Origin: Fibrobacteria bacterium
GTDB lineage: Bacteria > Fibrobacterota > Fibrobacteria > UBA11236
Assembly: GCA_025360005.1 (NCBI GenBank)
Contig: JANYDA010000052.1
Location: 58,457-122,456, forward strand
Direction: 5' to 3'
DNA length: 64,000 nt
Made by a program: the position numbers and the translations under genes. Position 1 is the first letter of the stretch. Each line of letters opens with the position of its first letter. Positions 1 to 9,105 of this stretch are shown in pieces. The notes below the pieces were generated by a model. The model was not told where the DNA came from. It searched no databases and saw only the letters and a program-made list of their open reading frames with translations.

Positions 1-2801
1 TTAACCGTTTCCGCGGCCGCGGGGGCTCCGTCGATCCAGGCTCGGAGCCAGAGCAGTCCCTGGGGCAAATCCCTGGAGGGAACGGAGGCCTTGGCGGGCG
101 CAGCCGCCCAAGATCGCGAAAATACCCGGCGGCCTTGCGCGTCGAACACGTCCAGACGCAAGGGTCTTCCGGCCTTGGCCGCCACCACCAAATCCGCTCC
201 GGCATAGGAGAGGAAGGCATGTCGTGCCCCCGTTTTCCCATCTGCCGGACTTGAGCCCAGAGGCTTACTGGTGATTCCCGCCCCCGAAAAACGGCCTTCG
301 TCCAGATAGGCGGAAACCAGGGTCAACCCAGATCCGGAAACGCCCTGCTTATGGACCGCCTCGATGTCCAGGAAATCCACCTGGTCTTCGTCGACATCGT
401 CGCTTGTGGAAAGCACGACGGAGAGCCTCCCCTTTGCGGGATCATACACCGATGTTATGCGCGCGCCTTGCACCCCAGAGGTGATGCTCGGAATATCCGT
501 GATGCCATCGGCCACCTGGAAAGCCAGCTCCCCGGACAACAATCCCATGAGGGACTTGCCGGCAAGACGATATCGGTAGCGCGATCCACTGATAAGCTCG
601 GGGGCTTGCAGGAATAACGATGAACCGCCGGCTGCGCCCGCTTTCGCCAATCCCCGCTTAAGGGCGGGCATTCCCGCGGCCTTGGCCTCTTCCACGGGGA
701 ACCTTCCTATCCACCCCATGCCGTACTGGAACACCAAAGCCGCATCGTAGCTGGTGATTTCCCCGTTGCCGCTTACATCGGCCACGGCCTTGGTGAAGTC
801 CGGATAATCGGGATCCGGCAAAGCCATCTTGCCCACCACGTAGTCGATTATCTTCTGCGCGTCGAAAAGATCCACCTCGCCGTTTCCGGTGACGTCCCCA
901 TAGCGGACGGAAGGCTTGGAAACCGTGATCCGACCAGGAACATTGGTCGCGTGAATGATCCCGCCGTCATCGAATTTTACGTCGGCCAGATCCAAGGATG
1001 ATGACGCGCCCGTAGCCGCATCCGAGTTGATCCGGAACCCAAATCGGACCAGCTCTCCCTCCCCATACCCCAGCGGCTTGACGCCGCCGCCCATGGCCAC
1101 CGTCGCCTCATCAGGCCGGGTCTGCTTCCAATCCAGCAGGGGCCAACCCTTAGCCAAGCCGCTATCCGCTTTTACCGCCAAGAGGGTTACCACGGCGGGA
1201 TCGTATTCGAGATAAAACTGCGCGGCGGAAATGGAATCCGCTTCGAAATTGGACAGGTAAAGCGGCACCCATACGGTATCCCCCGCGGTTCCAAAATGCG
1301 ATTTCATGCCCAGGTTCACTTCATGGACCTTAGGCCGTAACTCGGCCGCCATGGCGGCGATGGTATCCGCATCCAAGGCATAATTCCAGATGCTGACTTC
1401 GTCCATGTCGCCCCGGAATTTGAAGTCAATGGGCACGAACGCGCAGTCCCCCAGTAACAGATCCTGAGTCGTTGAAGTCACGGCGTCTATGCTCACGGCA
1501 CGGATGGCATCCAAGACGCCGTCCACGTAGATGCGGAAAACCCTGTCCTTGAAGGTTGCGGCGATATGACGCCATTTGCCCAAGGTGACTTGGGTCTTGC
1601 CCAGGGCTATGTAGTCCCAGCGGCTGGTGAAATTATCCCTTACGTCCGATTGGACCACTCCAGGGGGTACGGGATGGCCTTCGATTTCGTGGATGCGACT
1701 GGGGATCATCAGACGGTAATTCCATTGATCCCCACCCGGCGCGACCCTGTCTATTATCGCCTGATCATGGGTTTTTTCATCGGTGCGAACCCAGGCCTGC
1801 AAGGTGAACTCCGGCGTGTTCATATCCGGCGAAAAAGGCACCCGCACGAGGTTGTCAATTCCGTTGAAGTGCAGCGCATTGCCCTTGACTCCCGCGGTCC
1901 ATGCCGCTCCCGTGATGGTTCCATTATGGCCATTGCCGCTCTTATCGTAAAGCACCGCTCCAGAGGTTTGATCGAAATCGTAATGGACGATCAAGGATTT
2001 GCGCGGCACCGAGGGTCTTTGATATCGACCGAAATCGGCGACCACGGCGCTGTCGGACCACGCGTGATCATAAATGCGCACCTCGTCGAGACTGCCCCTC
2101 AGGAAATAACTTCCTTGCCCGTAGTCAGACGCGCCCAGGGTGAGCGGCTCACTGTCTCCGGCCAGCGGGGAGGCGGGGGCGATGCGGGATCCGTCCGGTT
2201 TCCCGTCTACATATACGAGCAGCTTGCCGGGCTTATAGATGCCGACCACTTGATGCCACGCTCCGTCGCATACATCGGTATGCCCCACAGCAAAGGTCGA
2301 TTCCGGAACCGATGAATTCCAATATCCGGGAACCACGCGCCCCGCAGGCGTCCCCCAACCATCGCCTACGGATCCGGAAAGATGCATGCGGAGGTCGATA
2401 GGCGAGCCTTCGGGGGGTTGCCGGCTGATCAGAGCTTGATGATCAGAGTTATACAGCGTCTTGACCCAGCAGTTCAGGGTCCACTCCTTCAGGGCAAGCC
2501 TGGGATTGAACGGGATAGTAACACGCGAGCTACCATCGAAAACCATGGCTTGGCCGGATACGCCCGTCTCCCAACCGGCATTGCCGGAAACGGTTCCGTT
2601 CAAGCCATGGCCCGAGGCGTCCATCACCGAATCCGAGGGCCCGCCATCGAACCCCCAGTAGCCCACCAGGCCGGCGGTATCCAGCGGCGCTGCCGCCCCA
2701 GCGTTTCCCGGGCAAAAGGCAATGACCAATAATAACACGGCCGATAATCCGGCATAACGCGTCATGGCAGGCCGTATAGCGGCGTTTAATTTAGAGCCCA
2801 T
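1..2801 (-). CDS. Secreted multidomain protein: 2x LamG-like jellyroll + cohesin + dockerin + degenerate cohesin-like + T9SS/FlgD-like C-terminal domain (3' end runs off window)
   Basis: Missing from the ORF track because no stop lies in the window. Manual translation from ATG 2801 (GGGAG RBS; alternative ATG 2765) gives a signal peptide (..GNAGA), LamG1 GLVGYWGFD..WHQVVGIY..LDEVRIY, LamG2 LIVHYDFD..WRHIAATF..MDEVSIW, cohesin GDTVWVPLYLSN..ISAAQFYLEYDPAVV..GEGELVRFGF, dockerin YGDVTGNGEVDLFDA..ADVSGNGEITSYDA and CTD LDVFDAQGRRV. Confidence 0.85.
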   Translation of the reverse strand, partial: MGSKLNAAIRPAMTRYAGLSAVLLLVIAFCPGNAGAAAPLDTAGLVGYWGFDGGPSDSVMDASGHGLNGTVSGNAGWETGVSGQAMVFDGSSRVTIPFNPRLALKEWTLNCWVKTLYNSDHQALISRQPPEGSPIDLRMHLSGSVGDGWGTPAGRVVPGYWNSSVPESTFAVGHTDVCDGAWHQVVGIYKPGKLLVYVDGKPDGSRIAPASPLAGDSEPLTLGASDYGQGSYFLRGSLDEVRIYDHAWSDSAVVADFGRYQRPSVPRKSLIVHYDFDQTSGAVLYDKSGNGHNGTITGAAWTAGVKGNALHFNGIDNLVRVPFSPDMNTPEFTLQAWVRTDEKTHDQAIIDRVAPGGDQWNYRLMIPSRIHEIEGHPVPPGVVQSDVRDNFTSRWDYIALGKTQVTLGKWRHIAATFKDRVFRIYVDGVLDAIRAVSIDAVTSTTQDLLLGDCAFVPIDFKFRGDMDEVSIWNYALDADTIAAMAAELRPKVHEVNLGMKSHFGTAGDTVWVPLYLSNFEADSISAAQFYLEYDPAVVTLLAVKADSGLAKGWPLLDWKQTRPDEATVAMGGGVKPLGYGEGELVRFGFRINSDAATGASSSLDLADVKFDDGGIIHATNVPGRITVSKPSVRYGDVTGNGEVDLFDAQKIIDYVVGKMALPDPDYPDFTKAVADVSGNGEITSYDAALVFQYGMGWIGRFPVEEAKAAGMPALKRGLAKAGAAGGSSLFLQAPELISGSRYRYRLAGKSLMGLLSGELAFQVADGITDIPSITSGVQGARITSVYDPAKGRLSVVLSTSDDVDEDQVDFLDIEAVHKQGVSGSGLTLVSAYLDEGRFSGAGITSKPLGSSPADGKTGARHAFLSYAGADLVVAAKAGRPLRLDVFDAQGRRVFSRSWAAAPAKASVPSRDLPQGLLWLRAWIDGAPAAAETV

Positions 2802-2947
2802 AGAACTCCCTATTTCAAGTGCAAGCGCGCCCCTAAATAATAACCCACTTACAGATGCCTGCAAATGGTTTTCCGGGACGCTTCCCGAAACCATTGCCGT
2901 CTCCAGCCCCCATCCACGCAAAGAGAACTAGAGACGCGCTGGACAAT

Positions 2948-2964
2948 CGCAATTGCCGTGCCGG
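2948..2964 (-). promoter_or_regulatory. sigma54 -24/-12 promoter
   Basis: Minus strand reads CCGGCACGGCAATTGCG, i.e. GG-N10-GC close to the YTGGCACG-N4-TTGCW consensus, about 150 nt upstream of ATG 2801. Confidence 0.7.
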
Positions 2965-3121
2965 GGCCACAAGCGCAAGAAAGGAATGGGAAAGCGTATG
3001 GTACCGCGCCTGGTGGTCAAAAGCGCATCAGCATCCCATCCCGGCATTCTGAGGTCCCGAAAGCGGGACTCTCGATGTCAAAAGGGAGAGTAAAGATTTT
3101 TGGGTTCTCCAACGAGTTCCA

Positions 3122-4777
3122 TTATGGGCCGATGATCGGAGGAATAGCGGCGATCGCTTTGAAATGGGCGCGCACTTCCGTGGAATCGAGATCGTAGGAA
3201 TAGATGCGCACTTCATCCATGGCGCCTTGGAATTTGAAATCCACCTGCGGAAACTCGCAATCGCCCAGAAGCAAGTCCTGGCTGGTTGAATCCGAAATCG
3301 CTGGATCCGATCCCGCTATCCGCGCGGTGTCCAATTTTCCATCGACGTAGATGGAAATCCGCCGGGATCGGTTCGTCACCACCACATGATGCCAGCGGCC
3401 GTCGGCTACAAAGACCTTCCCGAAGGCGATTTCCTCAAAGGAAGTGGCGAAGTTCGATCTTACATCGGCTTGGACCACGCCCTTTGGAAAGGGCTGGCCA
3501 TTTACTGATACATCGCGGCCCGGTATCAGCATTCGATAATTCCATATATTGCCGCTTGGCACCACTCGATCGATGATAGACTGGTCACCCTTGGTTTTTA
3601 TAGTGCGGATCCAGGCCTCCAAGCTATATACCCCCAGATTGAAATCCTTTTTGAAGGGAATGGTCACTCTCGAATTCGCGCCATTGAACCACAGCCCTTT
3701 GCCGGAAACACCGTTGGTCCATTCCCCGTTGCTGATAATTCCATCATGACCGTTTCCGGATCTGTCGGAAAGAATCGATCCCGTACCTTCTTCAAAGTCC
3801 CAATGGGCAACAAGCCCGCGCTCCACCTCTTCGGTTGAGTCCACTTTAATAACAACCCGTGCCTGGCATGTATCAGAACCATTTTCAGCGGTGATGGTAT
3901 AGACCAATGCAGAACCTGGATTAGGAACTGATCCATTGATCAATCTCAAGGAGTCGGGGATAAAATAGGTCGAAATATCCCCTAAGGAATCCAGCGAAAA
4001 GCCTGGCGGCAGGGCAGGTGAGGATGAGAAGGAGGCTTTGCCGCCGCGGTAAGTCTTGGGGGCAATTACCTTAGCTCGACCTAAAACAAAATGGACGCCG
4101 TCCGCAGGGTATTCCAAAAAGCGCGGTGGTTCGACTCTCGTGCTGAATACCCGGATCGGCCCGAAAGCCACTGAAAGTCCGGAGACGCGATCCACTCTCC
4201 ATTTGTAGATGCTTCCGTACTTCAACGAAGATACGGACAGTCGCGGTGAGGTCAAACCTGATTTTAGAACCGGAAGGGGTTCGCCCCCCAATGAAACCCT
4301 CCATGTCTCGTTTTCCAAAAGGCTATCCGTATCTGACCAGCTAAGCAGCAGGGTAGTATCCAGGTTTGAAGCGGAGTCCAATGGAGCCTGTAGCGAAAGC
4401 GAATGGATGCCATGGCCGCCTGCCGGGCTCGCTTCGGTTTGCCCCGGACCGATTTGCACTTCCAGTTCCTCCCGCAAAGCTCCAGGCCCGAAACCTCGTA
4501 AGACCATCGAGGCGCGATCGCCTTTATAGTTGCTTACCCGCAACTTTAGGATAGAGTCTCCAGGAGCCGGCCCATTCCAAAGGGTGTCCAGACGGAACCC
4601 AAGGTTATCCTCAATGAATATGAATAGGGAATCGGCGTTTCGTAGTGACTTGGGCAGAAAAACTTGCAATGAATGCCCTCGCGCTTCGGTTTCCTTTTCC
4701 ATTACACAGGACAAAGCGATACCTGCCAAGCATGTAAGAATGAATACCTTTAGTCGATATATACCGTTCCGTTTCAC
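3122..4777 (-). CDS. Lipoprotein with FN3/Ig-like domains and a C-terminal LamG-like domain
   Basis: Lipobox IALSC. YKWRVD FN3-like strand, SSSPALPPGFSLD Ig-like motif, LVAHWDFEEG..WHHVVVT..MDEVRIY. GTG 4777 preferred (GAGGAGG upstream); ORF track start is 4807. Confidence 0.75.
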   Translation of the reverse strand: MKRNGIYRLKVFILTCLAGIALSCVMEKETEARGHSLQVFLPKSLRNADSLFIFIEDNLGFRLDTLWNGPAPGDSILKLRVSNYKGDRASMVLRGFGPGALREELEVQIGPGQTEASPAGGHGIHSLSLQAPLDSASNLDTTLLLSWSDTDSLLENETWRVSLGGEPLPVLKSGLTSPRLSVSSLKYGSIYKWRVDRVSGLSVAFGPIRVFSTRVEPPRFLEYPADGVHFVLGRAKVIAPKTYRGGKASFSSSPALPPGFSLDSLGDISTYFIPDSLRLINGSVPNPGSALVYTITAENGSDTCQARVVIKVDSTEEVERGLVAHWDFEEGTGSILSDRSGNGHDGIISNGEWTNGVSGKGLWFNGANSRVTIPFKKDFNLGVYSLEAWIRTIKTKGDQSIIDRVVPSGNIWNYRMLIPGRDVSVNGQPFPKGVVQADVRSNFATSFEEIAFGKVFVADGRWHHVVVTNRSRRISIYVDGKLDTARIAGSDPAISDSTSQDLLLGDCEFPQVDFKFQGAMDEVRIYSYDLDSTEVRAHFKAIAAIPPIIGP

Positions 4778-4820
4778 GGTGACCACGCCCTCCTCGCATC
4801 CGGCCAATGCGCAACTCGGA

Positions 4821-5324
4821 TCATTGCCGGGTCGCTATCAATAAGGCCGCAGCCACGGAAAGGCTTGCGGTCGCCACTGCTATCCATCGCAGCCTATATC
4901 CCATGGGCCTGATTTTGGATCCCAAAAGCGGATCCGGAGTTATGCTCTGCGGCGCCGCCATGAATTCCCGGCGGATGCGTCCGAACAGAGCTTCCGTTTC
5001 CGGCTTGATCGGCAAATCCAGCGATGATCGCTCGGGTTGCAACCGGAGTAATTGGTACATACAGCTCGAGGCTTTCGATTCCCCACCTTTTTCTTCCGCA
5101 TAGATGGCGCTCAAATACCTGAGGCATTGTCCACGAATAGCTGGCGGCATCGACGGGGACGAAAGCATTAACGTCTCCAGGGATTTCTTGGCATCCTCGC
5201 GTTTTCCGGCGGCGAATGATTGCCGGAGGCGATTTGTATCCAAGGATTGAGCGGAAGGCTTCTCGGATTGCGCATGGAGGGAAAGCGATGCGGCGAGGAT
5301 GCAGCCTGACAAACGCGCGATCAT
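4821..5324 (-). CDS. Exported TPR-like protein with C-terminal TM helix
   Basis: Signal peptide (SLHA|Q), helical TPR-like core CLRYLSAIY..QLLRLQP..LDL, hydrophobic C-terminus. Overlaps the upstream gene by ATGA. Confidence 0.6.
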   Translation of the reverse strand: MIARLSGCILAASLSLHAQSEKPSAQSLDTNRLRQSFAAGKREDAKKSLETLMLSSPSMPPAIRGQCLRYLSAIYAEEKGGESKASSCMYQLLRLQPERSSLDLPIKPETEALFGRIRREFMAAPQSITPDPLLGSKIRPMGYRLRWIAVATASLSVAAALLIATRQ

Positions 5325-6313
5325 GGGCGGAGCATCCCTTTATCAATAACTAGGCCATAGAAATCCCCATAAACATGGGTTCTTCCACCCAATACCGCAA
5401 ACCGGAAGTGCGGATGCAGAGTTTGCCGGATTGCCTGGGCGTTGGAATTATCTATCGCCAACAGGGTGTCCCATTCGCCCTTTTCCGCTGCGGCTGAGTC
5501 CGCGCCCAGGACACGATACCATGTCCCGATCCGTTCAATTTCGGCGGCATAAGTCGTAAGCGGCGCCACGCCGGTGGTAGCCCCGTTCTTTCCGAAACCA
5601 TACCCGGATCCGTTTGCCCCCCCGCTCGTATCGTTTGAAATACTAAAGCCTAGGCTTTCCGAGGCATGGAAATCCGTATCGGCCAAAGGGGACATGAAAA
5701 AATCCATGCGGATATTTTGGATAGGAGCCGAGTCGATTTGTTCATACACCCGCAAACGAAAATCGCCGCTCACCCCGAATGCCCCGGCCAGACCGTCAAC
5801 ATAGTCCTTGCCGCCGGTATCCGGATTGTAATGAAGCTCAAATCCATATTTTTTTTCCCCGCTTTCATCAAACCATGCAAATCGTTCCGTATTCAGGACT
5901 TGGTAATTTTGCCATGCAATCAATCCCGCCGAATCCGGAAAGAAGCCACGTAAGATCCTGGAAACCTTGAAGGGTACGCTGTCCACCGCGCCGCGGCGGT
6001 CCATCAAAGCCAGCTTTCCCGCGAAAGTCCCCAATTGGGGACCATTCATGAAAAGCGTTACGGAGTCTCCCTTTTCGCTCCAGTATTGATGCCCGGGCCA
6101 TGTGGCCGGAACGATACGAGCTTCATCCTCATTGGAATCGCGCACGGAAAATACGCCTACCAGGGAATCGGGAAAGGAAAGGTCTTTTATGATTACCGCT
6201 TCGGAAATCGTCGGAGCCGTATTCTTCAGGCTGATGTCAGTATCATGCAAGCAGGCTGCCAATCCCACCCCGGCCGCCATGGAAAGACCGCATAGCATAC
6301 GCCGCCGGCTCAC
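5321..6313 (-). CDS. Putative Tat-exported lipoprotein, function unknown
   Basis: From GTG 6313: MSRRRMLCGLSMAAGVGLAAC (twin-Arg plus lipobox LAAC), then NTAPTI Ig-like start. Confidence 0.6.
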   Translation of the reverse strand: MSRRRMLCGLSMAAGVGLAACLHDTDISLKNTAPTISEAVIIKDLSFPDSLVGVFSVRDSNEDEARIVPATWPGHQYWSEKGDSVTLFMNGPQLGTFAGKLALMDRRGAVDSVPFKVSRILRGFFPDSAGLIAWQNYQVLNTERFAWFDESGEKKYGFELHYNPDTGGKDYVDGLAGAFGVSGDFRLRVYEQIDSAPIQNIRMDFFMSPLADTDFHASESLGFSISNDTSGGANGSGYGFGKNGATTGVAPLTTYAAEIERIGTWYRVLGADSAAAEKGEWDTLLAIDNSNAQAIRQTLHPHFRFAVLGGRTHVYGDFYGLVIDKGMLRP

Positions 6314-6326
6314 AGGAGACCCCGTT

Positions 6327-7145
6327 TCAAAATTCCCATGCGACCAATACACCGGCATGTTTGGCCGTTAAGGAAAATGAACCGTCTATAGGAAGATTTC
6401 CGAATCTCTTTTTCAGAACCAGGAACTCCGCTAGCATGCATCCTCCCGCGATAAAGCTCCCGGCACCCATGACGCTGAACGCCAGCGTCCTTCGGTCCGC
6501 GGCCCGTACCGCTTTTTTAGCGCTTAGGTAATCCGCCGGCTTTCCGCTCACCGTTGCTGCGTATTCCAAATCACGATAAGCCATCTCTCCCTCCGAGTAT
6601 GAATTGGCAGCAAGAGTTGCGCCAATAACGCCGGCTGAAAACCCGATCAGGCTGAAAACCAAATCCACCTTTGCCCGCCCCCTGGCAGATCCCACAAACC
6701 TTTGGCCGTCCACTTGGCGAACAGAATCCAGATAGGCTTGGCTCTCCAATGTAAACCGGTAATGATCCATGATTTCCTTATCAGCATAGAGAGGATCCAA
6801 AACTATGCCAGAATCGAGTTGTTGCGATTTAATGAATTGGAGGATGGATTCAGTCACCCGCCCCTTGGCGTAGTAGGCTACGCCCAAATCCAATCGGACC
6901 CGTGCAACTTCCTTGTCCTTCAAGTTCCGGTTCAGAGAGAGATGCTCCCCTAAGACGATGACACTGTCGTATTCGGCCCACTTGAAAAATTCTTGGAGCC
7001 GATCGAAATCAGCCCTCTCGGGAGGTTCGCCCCCAACCGACCCAGTTGCGGGCAACCGCAGCATGGCGATCAGGAAAAAGAAAAGCCAAACAATATGGGC
7101 CGTTCCCCAAAGATAAAAGCCGAATCCACGGGTTATAAGCGGCAT
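6327..7145 (-). CDS. TPR-containing membrane protein
   Basis: N-terminal hydrophobic segment, TPR-like LDLGVAYYAKGRVTESILQF..LDP, two C-terminal hydrophobic helices. Start uncertain. Confidence 0.6.
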   Translation of the reverse strand: MPLITRGFGFYLWGTAHIVWLFFFLIAMLRLPATGSVGGEPPERADFDRLQEFFKWAEYDSVIVLGEHLSLNRNLKDKEVARVRLDLGVAYYAKGRVTESILQFIKSQQLDSGIVLDPLYADKEIMDHYRFTLESQAYLDSVRQVDGQRFVGSARGRAKVDLVFSLIGFSAGVIGATLAANSYSEGEMAYRDLEYAATVSGKPADYLSAKKAVRAADRRTLAFSVMGAGSFIAGGCMLAEFLVLKKRFGNLPIDGSFSLTAKHAGVLVAWEF

Positions 7146-7272
7146 ATATACTTTATCAAGTCGTGAAATTTAGCAACCTGCCTGCACCACCCCGTCCTTT
7201 TTCTTTGTTCACCGGAAGCCCGGGCCAATAGGCTAAATTTTCCGAAACCCTTCCCCTGGAGCCTCTTTTCAC

Positions 7273-9060
7273 ATGTACTGCCTTAGGATATTTCAATCGG
7301 GTACCCATCAGGTCGTGACTCTAGATTATGACTTGCTGACCGCCGGTAGTGCGCTCGAAAACGAAATCGTCCTGAAGGATACGGGCCAACCTTCTCTGGC
7401 TTTTCGATTGTCTCGCGTCGATGGTGGCTATTCTTTTGCTTCCACAAGCCCGCAATGCAAAGCCTATGTCAACGGCAAGCGATGCGATTCGGCAATCCTT
7501 AAGCCTGGCGACCGGTTTGAGGTGGGGACCGCCGTTTTTATTCTGGACTTTTTCGCCGATCCCGCGCCTTTGCAAAAGTATGAGGATTCCAACCCCGCTA
7601 TCCAGAAACGGGATTTGCGGTCGGGACTCTCGCACCTTTGCGCCGCAGTGGCCGAAGAAAGGGACATCAAGATCCTTCTGGATAAAACCATGCACATGCT
7701 GCTGAATATCTTCCGTGGGGATGAAGCATTCCTGTTCACGCTCGATGCACGCGGTGAGCCGCAGGTATTTGTGAGCTCGCGCCAGGAAGGGGTCCCGAAA
7801 ACCCTGTTTAGCGACACCGTGGTCGCCAAAGTCTTACACCAGCGCCAAGGGGTGTTCATACGGAATGCCATGTCACATCCCGAATTCTCCCAGTCGGAAA
7901 GCGTGATGGCTTTGCAGTTGAACTCGGTCCTTTGCTGCCCCATCGCGGCCGGAGGACAACTTACCGGGCTGGTGTACGTTGGATCCAAGCGCCCCTCGGT
8001 TTCCTTCTCGGAAAGCGATCTGCGCGAATTGGAAATCTATGCCATGGTGGCCGGTTGCCTAATCAACCATGTTGGTTTCATCGAACTCCAGAGGAAGCTG
8101 CTGGCTACGATTCGGGTCCCGGGAGAGATCCTCTTTATCGCGGCCAGCCCGGCCATGCAAAAGGTGCAGGAAGAGGCGCAGATGGTGTCGACCGGGGATA
8201 TTTCCGTTCTCCTGCAAGGCGAAACCGGTACCGGCAAGGACGTGCTGGCAAAATTCATCCATCAACAGAGCAAGCGTCGTGAAAAACCATTTTTAGTGGT
8301 TAACTGCGGCACTCTAAGAGGGGAAATCCTGGCAAGTGAGCTTTTCGGGCATAGGAAGGGATCCTTTACCGGAGCCGTAAGAGATCAACCCGGACTCTTT
8401 CTCGCGGCAAACGGAGGCACGCTTTTCCTCGACGAAATCGGGGAAATGGATATGGCGCTGCAGGCAATGCTATTACGCGCCCTGGAGACGGGCAAGGTAC
8501 GTCCCGTGGGACAAGCGGAGGAAATCAAGGTTGATGTGCGGATCTTATGCGCAACTAACCGCAATCTGGAGGATATGATCGCCTCCGGCGCCTTCCGCCC
8601 AGACCTTTATTATCGCATCAACCAGCATCTTATCCACCTACCTCCATTGCGCGAACGCGGAGAAGATGTCATCCTTCTGGCACACCATTTCCTGGAAAAG
8701 GCTAAGGGCCAATACCCCGATAAGGCTATTGACGGGTTCCATCCGGAATCCTTGTTCGCGATTTCACGTTATGCCTGGCCAGGAAATGTACGGGAACTGG
8801 CGAATGCGGTTTATAAAGCCGTGCTTTTTTCCCCGTCTTCGGTCATCCGGATCTCTATCCCGGAAAAAAGTGGCCCATGGATCGGCTTCGATGAAGCCAC
8901 TAGACGATTTCAGGAAGATTACCTTCGGAAAGCCCTTTCGATTTGCGGGGGAGACAAAAACAAAACCGCCGAGATGTTGGGAATGGGCCGAAGTACTTTT
9001 TTCCGCCATCTGGCATTGGCCAGAAACGATTCCTCTCCTGCCGATGGGTTGCAACGGTAA
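7273..9060 (+). CDS. sigma54-dependent enhancer-binding protein (FHA-like + GAF + AAA+ + Fis HTH)
   Basis: FHA-like N-terminus (GSALENEIVL..YVNG..LKPGDRFEVG), GAF (SVLCCPI..GLVYV), Walker A GETGTGKD, GSFTGA loop, Walker B LFLDEIG, WPGNVREL, HTH KTAEMLGMGRSTFFR. Confidence 0.92.
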   Translation: MYCLRIFQSGTHQVVTLDYDLLTAGSALENEIVLKDTGQPSLAFRLSRVDGGYSFASTSPQCKAYVNGKRCDSAILKPGDRFEVGTAVFILDFFADPAPLQKYEDSNPAIQKRDLRSGLSHLCAAVAEERDIKILLDKTMHMLLNIFRGDEAFLFTLDARGEPQVFVSSRQEGVPKTLFSDTVVAKVLHQRQGVFIRNAMSHPEFSQSESVMALQLNSVLCCPIAAGGQLTGLVYVGSKRPSVSFSESDLRELEIYAMVAGCLINHVGFIELQRKLLATIRVPGEILFIAASPAMQKVQEEAQMVSTGDISVLLQGETGTGKDVLAKFIHQQSKRREKPFLVVNCGTLRGEILASELFGHRKGSFTGAVRDQPGLFLAANGGTLFLDEIGEMDMALQAMLLRALETGKVRPVGQAEEIKVDVRILCATNRNLEDMIASGAFRPDLYYRINQHLIHLPPLRERGEDVILLAHHFLEKAKGQYPDKAIDGFHPESLFAISRYAWPGNVRELANAVYKAVLFSPSSVIRISIPEKSGPWIGFDEATRRFQEDYLRKALSICGGDKNKTAEMLGMGRSTFFRHLALARNDSSPADGLQR

Positions 9061-9105
9061 ATTCATCTTGACCTTGGATTGACAACCCGATTTGGTACTA
9101 CTGAT

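Noticed and set aside
2861-2897. Imperfect hairpin in the leader of the cohesin-dockerin gene
   Set aside because: Several mismatches and no known riboswitch motif; cannot be supported beyond possible leader structure.
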